From Octopus bimaculoides (Eukaryota), in assembly GCF_001194135.2 (NCBI RefSeq), contig NC_069003.1, positions 36,562,548-36,626,547 on the forward strand: a stretch of DNA of 64,000 nt, written 5' to 3'. Shown piece after piece: positions 38,316 through 50,355 of the stretch. The number at the start of each line of letters is the position of its first letter. Positions within the stretch are counted from its first letter, which is position 1. The position numbers were made by a program, and so were the translations under genes. Under the pieces are notes generated by a model. That model worked only from the letters and a program-made list of their open reading frames with translations. It was not told the origin of the DNA and made no database searches.

Positions 38316-39641
38316 TATACAAGAGGGAGGGAGGTAAGGGTGGGGACAGCGGCAAAGAGGGTCAAAGTTTCCTCTGACGTACCCTACCTGTTAATTAAGG
38401 TTGGGCATCAAAACTGTCCTCACTCCCAGGCCCTGAGAACTCTTGCTAAGCCGCTGATGTGTGGGCTCTTGTTTATAAATCAGAATTTGGTCATTAATGT
38501 TATCCACTGAAGTAAAGGATTTTCAATCCAGAATGATTTTTGCTCGTTTGTTTTGTTTTTTATGTTACCAGGAGGGGCGAGGGGGGGGGGGAGTTTTATT
38601 GTTGCCAGATGAAGTCTTTTGGAAAAAATGAAGGAGGATGTTTTCTAAGGATAGAAAAACAGGGCAGCAGGACTGTACAAGAAAACATTCCACACCACCA
38701 CTACCACCACAACCACCACTGTCATCATCATCATTTACTACCTTGTGTTGTATTAATCTATTTGATTTTTATTTGCTTTGATTTGTCAGCTGAAGCAAAC
38801 TGAATCTATCCCAGTCAACTCTCACAACTTTAGCAAAAATGGTTCAAACATAAAGAAAGATGGATAAAAATAATGAGAGAAGACAAAAAGAAGAGTTCTG
38901 ATATCAAAACTTATTTAATTATTCTAAAAAGAATAATTGGATCACATCAAATCCAAATTTGCATGAGAACAACAACAAAAAACCTGACCCGGTTAAAGAT
39001 AGCAGCAGAGTTTGCTAGTGGAATTCACTCATGAAGAAACAATATACAGATCACCATTGTCATCATCACCACCACCACCACACCACCACCAACATCATCA
39101 TCATCTATATCATTATCATCATTTAACATTCAAGTTCCAGGCCAGCATGGGTTCGAAAGTCTGACAGGATGTGATGGGTCCAAGGACTGCATTGTGCTCC
39201 AGGGTCTGATTTGGTATGGTTCCTAGAGCTGGATGCCTCACCTAAAGCCAATCACTTTCACAGTGTATAGTGGATGCTTTTTTCATGCCACTGGTACTTG
39301 TGAGGCTGCCTTTCAGCTTGCAAGACTATGAAAGCAAAGACAATGAGGAGCAGCTCTATGCGCTGAGGGAATGGAGAGTTAAAGTATGAGAAATAATTAT
39401 GAAAAAATCATTGATGAAAGTAAATGAATAATAATTGACATTGGTGTATTGTTTGCCATGTGTTGTTACTTAAAGAGAGTTCACAGAACATAACAGCATG
39501 AAAACACATGGAGACTATCCAGTAGATTAGTTAAACATGCTCTTGTCAAAATAATTCACTAATGATTATTATTAGCAATAAAAGTTAATTTTTTGATGTC
39601 AATTCATGTATAGACATGCAAAGTTCAAAAGTTATCCATGT

Positions 39642-39698
<57 letters not shown>

Positions 39699-41032
39699 CG
39701 CGTGCAATTTGATAAATTTGTGGGCTTGAATATTCATGACACATGGCAAGTTTTAAAAAAGGTAAACCAAGTGTTGTAGTGTGCAGAATGGTCACAGAAG
39801 ATAACAGTGTGGAAACAAGCAGAACATTTCCAGTATAATAATTCAAATATTTTCTGAACAAAATATTTCACAAATAGTGCCAAAAGCAACAGCTTTAATT
39901 GGTTGAAAGATAGCCAATGAAAACAGTCTTTCAACTATGTTCTACTAAAAGGGTCATGTGACCCTGTTAGTAAACTGATTTCTTGTTTCACAGTAACTGC
40001 CAATGATGTGGGTACGTGTGTGTGTGTACATTTGTATAAACTTTAATAACAATCCCTGTAATAAATTTAATGAAATATCAAGTTTGGTTTCCTTATTTTA
40101 TGAAACTTCAGAATTTGCAGTTGATCAAGAAATGCTTTGGCTTTTCATGGAATAGGGAAGTCACTGGGAGTTTCTTAGGACAATATGCCCCCCCACTCCC
40201 TGCCCTGTCACTTATTCCTCCCCGCCCCAACAAAGAGGAAACATTATTGATATGTTATCCACTTCTACAGGATGGAAAAGAATATAGATGTTGAACAAGA
40301 TGGAATTCAGAAACACTGAACTAGTGTACAGAATATGTCCATTCTCTCTTCTCTGTCTCATAAACTGTCAACATTCATTTAAAAGACAAAGGTCAAAGAA
40401 ATTTATATAATGAAGAGGGAAATGACATCACGGCTAATTTCAAGTTTTCTTGAGAACATTTGAGAGACAAGTGGAGAGCAATTAGATGCTATTCCAAGTG
40501 GTTGGCTTATTTCTCACATTTTGGATGCCAAGAATCACACATATAATAAATGGCATCATTATGATTAAATCAGGCTGTCTTTTATTAAACAATGAAGGTT
40601 GGTAAATGGATCTTCATTGGTTTTGATGAGGAATATTGGCCAGTGTTTGATCAACTAATCTACGGACTCCTTCAATTATAATATTAGTGGCTGAGTATTC
40701 CAATGTATTCTCTTATATACTGTGCTTGTGTGTTTATGTTGTTATATCTTCTTAATATTGTACTTGGAAACTGGCAATGATTGGCCTACCATCAGCATTA
40801 TCATCATTTTTAATGTCTACTTTTTCATGCTTGCAAGGGTCAGATGGAATTTATTGAGGCAGATTTTTAATGGCTGGATGCCCTTCCTGTCACCAACCCT
40901 CACCTGTTTTGAAGTAAAATAATACTTCCCATGGTCAGACAATGTTGTCATCAGAAGAATGGAAACAAACAACACTGCTTGTATGACAATGGTGCTTGTT
41001 TACAACAATCAGATTATGTGATGCCAAGGAAA

Positions 41033-41200
41033 CACACACACACAACAGACTTCTTTCAATTTCCATCTACCTAATCTGCTCACAAGGCTTTGGTTGAGCC
41101 AGGGTCTATAGTAGAAGACAGTTGTCCCAGGAGGCGCACAGTGGAATTGAAACTGAGACCACATGGTTGATAAGTAAGCTTCTTAATCGCACAGACACAT
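41033..41200 (-). mobile_element. SINE family A, 5' part
   Basis: Family motifs in reverse. Confidence 0.7.
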
Positions 41201-42779
41201 GTGAAAAACTATTTTACAGCAACTCATTAATGAACGATGGAATAAATAGCAAATTGTTTACTGAAATACGTTTTGGCTATGAATGAGAAGTGTGGCAATT
41301 TACACAAATCTTCTTTATCTCAGATGCAGAAAACTGACACAAGTTTAAATTGAGGCACCACCAGAAACCCTACATGCACTCTTCCAGTCAGATGCAAAAG
41401 TTTGGGGCAATGACACTTAATGTCGGCACAATATACACACACATATATTCAACAAGTTTCTTTTCAGTTTCTATCAACCAAATCTACATAATGTCTTGGT
41501 TGACCAGGAGCTATTGAAGAAAACACTTGTTCCATTGTGTCACTCAGTTAGATTAAACAAAGGAACAAAAAATATATATAAAAAGTCTAGCAGTATATTT
41601 TATTTTCTGAAATTATTTACACCATTTAGCTTTAATTCCAGCCCATCTACCTCACACCCTGCCTTATCTATTTTTATACAGACTTTTAGGAGACAGACAG
41701 TATTGTTCTATTTTGAATTCCATGTCTAGTGGAAAAGGAAAGACTATTAATTTAACTCCATTAAAGTTCTGGTTATATTTACTGGAGTAAAGCATTAAAT
41801 TAGGAAAATAACGATTTAACGTAATCATGCTAAATATCTGATGGCATGATACTAACTAATTAAAAGAGGCTAATTACTCCCCGATACAAGCATAATCACT
41901 GTTTACAAAATGTTTCTTTGCTATGTACATCTATCGAAGAGTTCGTTTGAATAGATTTCAGGGTCACTGAGTAGGGACGAATCTCTTTTGATGTAAACTT
42001 GAGACAATGAGTGGAACATATATAAACAAGTTAGTGCCCCAGCATGGCCATGGTCATGATAAAAGATAAAAGAAGCAATAAAGACTGGGTATACATTTTC
42101 ACCTCATCCCTCTCTTACTCATTATCATCTTCATACTTTATAACTTCCTTTTTTTCAGGTCTAGAAATACATTTACAGAGTGTTCATTAACCCTAATTCT
42201 ACCGGAAAAAACTCTGGTTCCATGATATTAAACTTCCTGTGGTAAAGAGATGTAAATAAGAACTTTTACATCAAAATTTTATGTCATTCTATGTTTCAAA
42301 CAGCAGCTTCATGAAGACAGAGTTAGTTTATTAAACTCTGCATATTTTTCAAAATTAATTGAAACAAAGGCAGTGTATTTGAACAGGAATGTTGTAACAA
42401 AAGGGTTAAATTATTCATAAGGACTCTATTTCTGTCAGAGACTTCATAACCTGCCAAAATTTACTGTTGTCATTGTCATTATCAAAAACCTCTGCAGATA
42501 ATGTAGGGATCACTTAAAAATAAATGTAAATAAGGGATCCAGCTGTTTTACAACTGGATGGATGCCTTAACTGTCACTAACTGGATGTCCTTCTTGTCAC
42601 TAACCGTTACCTATATCCCAAATGAGGGATATCTTATTCCACATATCTTTGAAGGCACAAAGCCAGGAGACAACCTATTGACTAGAGAAGTGATAAGAAT
42701 GTCACCATGAGTAGCTGAGAGATTTCTGGAGAAGTGCAAATGTCAAAAAACACAGAGACACACACATACGGAAAAAAAG

Positions 42780-42968
42780 ATACATAAATACATACATATG
42801 TGTGTGTGTGTGTGTGTGCAGGTATGTACAGAAAAAGCTTCGTTTTGTATCCGTCCATCAAATCCACCCACAAGACTTTGGTTAGGCTATATAGAAGATA
42901 TTTGCCCTCAAGACCACATTGTTGGGAAACAAACTTCTTATCCACACAGCTATGCGAGTACTTAGCCA
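42780..42968 (-). mobile_element. SINE family A, 5' part
   Basis: Family motifs in reverse. Confidence 0.65.
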
Positions 42969-42982
42969 TGTCTGTACCAAAT

Positions 42983-43200
42983 TACAAGGGGGTGGGGCTG
43001 AAAAGTTCCTGGCTTTAAGGGTGTCGCGAAAGGCCTGGTTGGAGGCCCAATCATCTGAATTCTTTTACAGGGCTTAGAAAACCTGAAGGACCACTGTAAT
43101 AAGTGTGTGAATCTGAGAGGGGAACATGTTGACTAAAATCGTAATTAACTGATCCTCCTGTATTTTCTTTTAGTCAAACTTTTCAGCACCCACTCGCATA
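42983..43200 (+). mobile_element. Mariner-derived MITE (~215 bp)
   Basis: Imperfect TIRs ggggctgaaaagttcctggct / agtcaaacttttcagcaccc with TA at both ends. The interior encodes a transposase C-terminus LLQGLENLKDHCNKCVNLRGEHVD*. Confidence 0.75.
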
Positions 43201-43293
43201 GGACGGTAAAAGCTGACATTACACTGTGATGATGCTGAAAGAGAATTACAGAATAAAAGTTATTGAGAGAAACACTCTCAAATATACACTCAC

Positions 43294-43588
43294 CTTGTTT
43301 ATTTATTATTTCACCATCAGTTGCAATNNNNNNNNNNNNNNNNNNNNNNNNNNNNNNNNNNNNNNNNNNNNNNNNNNNNNNNNNNNNNNNNNNNNNNNNN
43401 NNNNNNNNNNNNNNNNNNNNNNNNNNNNNNNNNNNNNNNNNNNNNNNNNNNNNNNNNNNNNNNNNNNNNNNNNNNNNNNNNNNNNNNNNNNNNNNNNNNN
43501 NNNNNNNNNNNNNNNNNNNNNNNNNNNNNNNNNNNNNNNNNNNNNNNNNNNNNNNNNTTATAGCACACATAACAACTGACAGAATCAT
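43294..43588 (-). CDS. First coding exon of claudin/PMP22-like tetraspan gene (partly in N gap)
   Basis: ATG at 43588 (ACAATG context) gives MILSVVMCAI, then N gap 43328-43557, then IATDGEIINKQ. It ends at a strong donor CAAG|GTGAGT (43293) in phase 1, matching exon 2. A possible acceptor gtttgtgtttctcaag lies just upstream, and an in-frame TAG at ~43641-43643 bounds the frame. Confidence 0.65.
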
Positions 43589-44499
43589 TGTGAATATTTC
43601 ATACAAAAACAACTTGAGAAACACAAACTGGAATGTTGTCTAGTGATTTCTTTTTTTAATAATGTAGATAATCCTCGTTATTGTTCAGGGTTAAGATAAT
43701 ATTGTTTTAAACAATGTTTGCATTGGTGATTAGGGATTTTGCGTCAATTAGTAAATAAATATGTAATTGAGTGGTTATCTCAATTTAGCATTCAGAAGTA
43801 TAAACTTCCTGTGACATCATTCATTGATGCTGGACTTAATTTACTGGTTTAAAAAAAACAAAAAAACTTGAAATTAACCCAGTTAAGGTAATGACATTGT
43901 TCCACGTGATATAAAATCTTGTTTGTTAAAATATAATTCCCATGATAAGTGCTCAGTGCCAAAGAGAGAACGGTTAAGGGAACTGTCCTTCAGAATAAGG
44001 ACAATCCTTCAGACTGTGGATCACCAGGAACATCTATAAAAGAAAAAGAACCAAAAATTAAATAAATCCGTTTTATAGAGAATGATTGAACACATTTAAT
44101 ATTGAGGACAGCAAAGTAATTCAAATGTTACTCAAAAGAATGAAAGACTGTTTCTCTTAGAAACAATATCTAATGGCTATTAGCACCTTGATTAGCTCTT
44201 ATTCAAGTTATTTCTCATAGACTTAACACATTCAACATATCAGACACTTTTGCTTCAATCACTACAGCTTTTTCCATTTTCCAACAATGCATGAAGGTAC
44301 TACAAAGTCATAAAGCATTCACACCACAAAAAACGATTTATCTTAAACCAGGAAACATGATAAATAGATGCTTTGTAAGGTGGAAGCTATTCTTGGCAGA
44401 TGATGTGCTTCACTATCAGTTTGTAAGATGGTAGGCTATAGGCAGTAAACAATGTCTAGGAAGGAAGTTGGATGATTTACAAGTGAATGCTTATCCAAT

Positions 44500-45100
44500 C
44501 AACATGGTCAGAATTATTAGGATTACAGACAATAATAAAAGACAGCTACATTAAAAATGACAATCTAGTGTAATATTCAGAGTGGGTTTGTGTAAAAAGC
44601 AAAGCTAGAGTTGGATAGACACCAATGTGACGATATAGTGTTGAGAGAGTAGCAAGATTGAAGGTTGAGAAATAAAAGAAGCAACAGAAGAAAAAAGGAG
44701 GCCTAATTAGAATTACTACAACTTCTTCGGCTGAGATATTTAGAAATGGTGGTAAAGTAAACAGGATTTCTAAACGTATTCATTTCACAGAATACAAGAC
44801 AATGAAGAGTAATAGTTTAAAAGAACAGTAGGTCTGTATAAAACGACACCAGTATACAGTTACAAAGATGAATATTAATATAGTCTGGACAGAATACAAG
44901 TCTATCTAAAGTACCTGTGGCAATACGAAATAGACTCAGTGCAACTCTGCAAAGGGATTAATGATAGAAAGAATATCCAGCCAGAGAAAATATGCCATAT
45001 TGGAACATATTGGAATCCATTCTGGAGGACTCTGCAAGCTGCATCACGAGTCTAGCTGCTGAGGAGAGCCATTAACTCTGAATAAGAACTCATACAGGGT
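44500..45100 (+). mobile_element. Possible very old LINE RT remnant
   Basis: AEIFRNGGK resembles the PAELFK-GG motif; the rest is too decayed to confirm. Confidence 0.3.
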
Positions 45101-45422
45101 AGAAAGGACTCTTTAGTCTTACTCATGGAAGATCCTCACTAGTGGTGGCCACATGATAAAACACACAATCTACATCATAAGACGTACATAACACCAAAGA
45201 TGGCCAGTTTTCTCTGTCAGTGCATGTGTGTACAAGATGGTACAGGCTGTGATGGCACACCCACTCCATGTCAGTTTAGAAAACAAGCGTAAAATGATGA
45301 CAAAAATGATAACAAATTATGAAATTTCTCAACAATTATGGTTTGTTTGTTTTACATTATTTGGGTTAATCCATTCTCCAGTTGTTTTTAGATAACAAAA
45401 TCACACACATACATACGTGCGT

Positions 45423-45459
<37 letters not shown>

Positions 45460-45562
45460 TGTAAGTAATAAAATGAAAATAACAACAAAAAATGACAAGA
45501 TAAAAGTATGTATGTGAGAGAGAGAGAGTATATGCAGTCACTCCAATATATATATATATATA

Positions 45563-45975
45563 TAGGTGCAGGAGTGGCTGTATGGTAAGTAGCTTGCTTA
45601 CCAAGCATATAGTTCCCGGTTCAGTCCCACTGCGTGGCACTTTGGGCAAGTGTCTTCTACTATAACCTTGGGCCGACCAAAGCATTGTGAGTGGAGTTGG
45701 TAGATGAAAACTGAAAGAAGCCCATTGTGTATATATATATTATATATATATATGTATATATGTGTGTATGGGTGTGTATATGTTTGTGTGTCTGTGTTTG
45801 TCCCCCAACCATTGCTTAACAACCGATGGTGGTGAGTTTACATCCCCGTAACCCAGCAGTTCGGCAAAAGAGACCGATAGAATAAGTACTAGGCTTACAA
45901 AGAATAAGTCCTGGGATCGATTTGCTTGACTAAAGATGGTGCTCCAGCATGGCTGCAGTCAAGTGACTGAAACAA
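45563..45975 (+). mobile_element. tRNA-derived SINE family A, most complete copy
   Basis: Head taggtgcaggagtggctgtatggtaag...ggttcagtccc, body ttgggcaagtgtcttctactata...aaactgaaagaagccc, internal TA/TG microsatellite, tail ccagcatggctgcagtc...gactgaaacaa. Confidence 0.85.
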
Positions 45976-46059
45976 ACACTACACCTGCTTCCTTTTTAAA
46001 CCCAGTTTTTCTCTCAGTTCATTTCTACTCCATACTTCATGCCCACTACTGACACCAAA

Positions 46060-46560
46060 TGACCATCGGAGAATACGGGTCTCATTGCTTTGTGGTCGTC
46101 ACAAGTCTTCTACATTCAAGGTCCACATCTCACGACCATGCAGCAACATCACAGTTCTAAAACAAACATCATACAATCTGTCCTTCACGCTGAAGGAGGA
46201 AAGACCTTTGTTGCCAGCAGTGGTAATAGCTCCCTCAACTTTTACCAACCCATTCTTACTCTGGATACCATACTCTCTGAATAACCACCTCCCCTCCCTA
46301 ATTATGTCTCCTAGGTAACAGAAGGCATTGACTGGCCTTTAAAGAGAATCTATTTCTAGACATGACATAGCATGTATTGCCCTGGTGCATATGTTGCATA
46401 AAAAGCTTACTACCTTCACTGTTAGTCTGAGATGCCAATACATTTCTGCTAGGTTCATAGATGGGCGCAGCATTTGCAGTTTATACCTTACTCCTTTTTT
46501 AAACACTGAGCAAAGCCATTTCCCTAATGATATAGTAGTGGCCCTGTCCATTTTCCCTAC
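46060..46560 (-). mobile_element. RTE LINE RT C-terminal fragment
   Basis: GKWLCSVFKKGV, VNAFCYLGDII, SRVRMGW-KLRELLPLLATK, RLYDVCFRTVMLLHGREMWTL. Confidence 0.75.
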
Positions 46561-46719
46561 TAATTAATAAGCTTAAATATACATCTAACCATCTCTCTAA
46601 CCATCCATCTATCCCTCTATCTAACCAGGTGTAATAGTAAAAGTTTACTGTTGTTTACAGTCAACAAAAATATGTAAAGATGAAGGAAAATTTGATCTCT
46701 CTCTCTCTCTCTCTCACAT

Positions 46720-46895
46720 AATGGCACATGGTACGGTTAAGCTGTTTGCTTCCCAACCACATGGTTTTTAGTTCAATTCCACTGCATGGCATCTTGGCTT
46801 AGTGTCTTCTACTATAGCATTGAGCCAACCAAAACCTTGTGAGTAGATTTGGTAGTCAGAAACTGAAAGAAACCTCTGTCTCTGTGTGTGCGCGC

Positions 46896-46900
<5 letters not shown>
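46720..46900 (+). mobile_element. SINE family A, 5' part
   Basis: cccaaccacatggttttt...cactgcatggcatcttgg...aaactgaaagaaacc. Confidence 0.75.
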
Positions 46901-46929
<29 letters not shown>

Positions 46930-47597
46930 TCATACATATAACATGCACAAAAGTCCCGGCCCTTGAGTCAATTTGTAACTACTGTCGAAGAAAAATAAAA
47001 ACTCGATTTGAGTTCTGTCTGTCCTGTTAATATTACCTAATTTTACAAATACTATCATAAACCTAGTTGTGCGTGTGTGTGTGTATGTGTGTTTTCTCAG
47101 TAAAATGTAAGAGGGAAGGGAGAGAGTAGAAAGAGAGCAAACAACAAAGAGAAGACAGAAAAAGAGAGGTAAATGGGAGGAGAGAAATAGAGGGAAAGTA
47201 AGAGGAAGGGCTACTCACAGGCAGCCATAAAAACAAGACCCAGGCATTTATCCCACACTTACACCAGTTAAAAGCAGGCTCAATCGAACACACAGATACA
47301 TAAATACACAAATATGAGCAAAAGAAAACAAAGACATTTAATTTTATAATATCTGTAATTTTGTGAATGAAAATATGGACGAATAAATTTATTAATAAAG
47401 AAAAGATGCTCAGAGAAGCAGGCAATATTATCTTTTTATTCAGACAGTGAATGTATTGTTTCTTCTAACATGTTAAATATAGACATTTAGTAAATTTTTA
47501 TTGCAGGGTTGAAAGAAGCTATGTTCGGTCACTTGGAATAAAGAACTTCAAGACAAGTCTGAGACGAACGATTAGCGATTTAATGTTTTTTTTTTTT

Positions 47598-47800
47598 TTT
47601 TACTTGTTTTAGTCATTTGATTACAGCCATGCTGGAACATCGGCTTGAAGGGTTTAATAGAAGAAATCGACCCCGGTACTTTTTTTTTAAAGCATGTTAC
47701 TATTTCTATCGGGTACTTTTGCCAAACCGCTAAGTTACGGAGACGTAAACAAACCAAAACCGGTTGAAAAGCGGTGGATGGGTGGGGAAAACACAAGCAC
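47598..47800 (-). mobile_element. SINE family A, tail part
   Basis: tacttgttttagtcatttgattacagccatgctggaac...ccgctaagttacggagacgtaaac. Confidence 0.75.
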
Positions 47801-48104
47801 AAATATATCATTGGGTTAGCCCACCCCCATGTTGTCTCTGAAGATGTTATCAGGTTATCAGCTTTACATTTTGTGAGCCCTGAAGAGGCTTATTAGGCCT
47901 ACTTCGGCATGAAATCCGCGGTTCCAAAGCAGACACATAATAGAAGAATCAGGACTCTGTGAGACTTTTGCTTTCCGTGCAGCCTTTCGTTTTTTAACGT
48001 CTATGGTTAAATCAGATACACGGCACTGAACACCTTGGGTACATAGCACTGTACCACAGTGAACGATTCTGAGCAAGACGCTTCGAAGTACACACACGCA
48101 CACA

Positions 48105-48760
48105 TACTAACATACACACACACGATGAGCTTCTTTCAGTTTCCCTTTTCCATTCTTTCATGGATCACTCACATCACGGCTGGAAACAAACGACACCACT
48201 TCTTTGGTGGTAATACTCAAGATTCTTCCAAGTACATACGTACCTACGTATGTACTTGGAAGAATATTGAGTACGTACGTACAATGGGCAGCTTTCAGTT
48301 TCTGTCAATCAAATCTTCTCACAAGGTTTTGGTGAGACAGGAGCTTAGAGAAGAGACATGCCCAAGGTACGTGCACACTGGGACTGAACCCAAGACACAT
48401 GATTGAGAAGCAAGCTTCTTAATCACACAGCCACGCTTGTTGGAGTTCTTTTTTTTTAATAAGACAATAACCAACAAAATATAATTTATTAAACAAAATC
48501 CAGATTCACTTTTTATATGTCGTCATTGAAATCGTTTTAACGCCCACGTTTCCATTCTTTCATGGATCACGCTCATCACGGCTGAACATGGTTTCACAGA
48601 AGATTGGAAACAAACGACACCACTTGTTTGGTGGTGATACTCGTTTACAACTATAACACAATGCCAAAGAAACACTAACACACATCCATATGTATGATGA
48701 TTGGACTTCTTTCATTTTCACCAAATCCACTCAGAAGAGTTTGGTAGTCTTCAGCTATAG
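48105..48760 (-). mobile_element. Rearranged SINE A and RTE-tail repeat cluster with local duplication
   Basis: ttccattctttcatggatca...ggaaacaaacgacaccactt occurs twice (~48148 and ~48550), interleaved with family A segments. Confidence 0.6.
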
Positions 48761-48982
48761 GAAAAAGTATGAACACACACACCACACACGTACAAAATTC
48801 TAATGTTTCACACAAATTATTCAGATTGAATAGATATACACATATATTACACATAAATATATACTGTGCACAGAAAGAAGCGATGATCAGAGAAATATGA
48901 TGGGAAACAGATTTTTCAGAAAAGAATGTAATAAAAGTTTGCTTTATTAAACATAAAACCATACACACATACACACCTCTCT

Positions 48983-49015
<33 letters not shown>

Positions 49016-49854
49016 TTGTAAAATCAAACAAGGCTAGGTCATTCCAATAATTTATTGTATTCTGCCAGCTTCAATGTCTACGAGCGATGTTTGAAATGGA
49101 AATATAAGTTTTGAAAATATGTATAATTTAGCAAGCGAAAATAGTAATATATAGAAAGTCATTTCTCATTAAGCACGGGAACAGTGAAGGGATCTGGATT
49201 AGAGTTTAGGGTGTTACATTCATGATCGCTAGATCGTGCTTTCAATTCCTGGACCAGCCGGCGAGCTGTGTTGTTTGGGTAAAACACAGAATTTCACATC
49301 GCGCCAGTCTATTCAGCCTTGGGTTCCAATAGTAGCTGAAAAGACTGTGCGACAACAGACTGGCGGCCCATTGAGGTGGACGGTTTTGTAATCTTAGTCC
49401 TGCATATTGCCATGAAAACCCAGGGTCAAGCCCTGGTCTTGAGTTCAAACGTTCATGAAAAGACCAAAGTCTAAGAAGGAAATATGAACGGATGTTTCGC
49501 CATTTACTCGCATGCTATACTGACTGTTGACAAAATACGATACATTTGGTAAACAAACTTTGACCAGAACCTAGCCTGACAATGCACGATGTGCCATTAC
49601 AAGTTTATATCAAATTCATTAAATACTTGTTTCAGCTTAATTTTCTTTAAAAAAAAGTAAAACCTATCTGTTCATTTGCTTTTACGTCTCATTTTCCATG
49701 CTAGCATGGGTTAGATGAGTCACTAACCCTGACTGGTTTTTCTAGTAAGAGATCTCTTATTCTACACATCTTAGAAAGTGCAGGTCCAGCAGACGACTCA
49801 TTGACAAGGGAATGATAACAATGGGTTGAGGGATTTTCAAAGAAGTGCAAATGC

Positions 49855-50000
49855 AAACACACACACACACGGCTTCTTTCAGTTTCCGTCTTCTAAACCA
49901 CTTATAAGGTAAGGTTGCCTAGGGCTGTAGTGGAAAAACTTAAGCCAAGGTGGCATGCAGTGGAACCCATGGTCAGGAAGCAAACGTCTCAACCACACAA
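49855..50000 (-). mobile_element. SINE family A, 5' part
   Basis: acggcttctttcagtttccgtc...ggcatgcagtggaacc. Confidence 0.65.
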
Positions 50001-50084
50001 TCACAATCTGATGACAGTAAGAGCACCAGAACTTCGAAGTTACTGTCAACCTTTTCTTTATAAAAAAAAACACACACACAAATA

Positions 50085-50113
50085 AACCTATATATACACA
50101 AATATGTCTTTAC

Positions 50114-50152
<39 letters not shown>

Positions 50153-50355
50153 CAATGTTAAATCTCTGAACGAGATATATATATATATCCTCATGGATAT
50201 ACAACACACACACATACATATCTATATATACATACATACACATATGTACATTTGTGTATGTATATACATGTGTGTGTATATACATATATAACATGCATCT
50301 ATACACATATACTCACACACACGTGTGTGTGTATGTGTGTGCTCGCGCGCGCACA
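50085..50355. repeat. Compound TA/CA/TG microsatellite
   Basis: Direct reading. Confidence 0.9.

Noticed and set aside
41290-41430. Minus-strand GFWWCLNLNLC, like a claudin GLW-C-C motif
   Set aside because: Two in-frame stops lie just upstream, there are no usable splice sites, and a better exon 1 exists at 43.3-43.6 kb.
43226-43643. Several ORFs spanning the N gap in other frames, and the ORF at 28507-28692
   Set aside because: They are open only because N codons are not stops. Only the frame ending at the 43293 donor has independent support.
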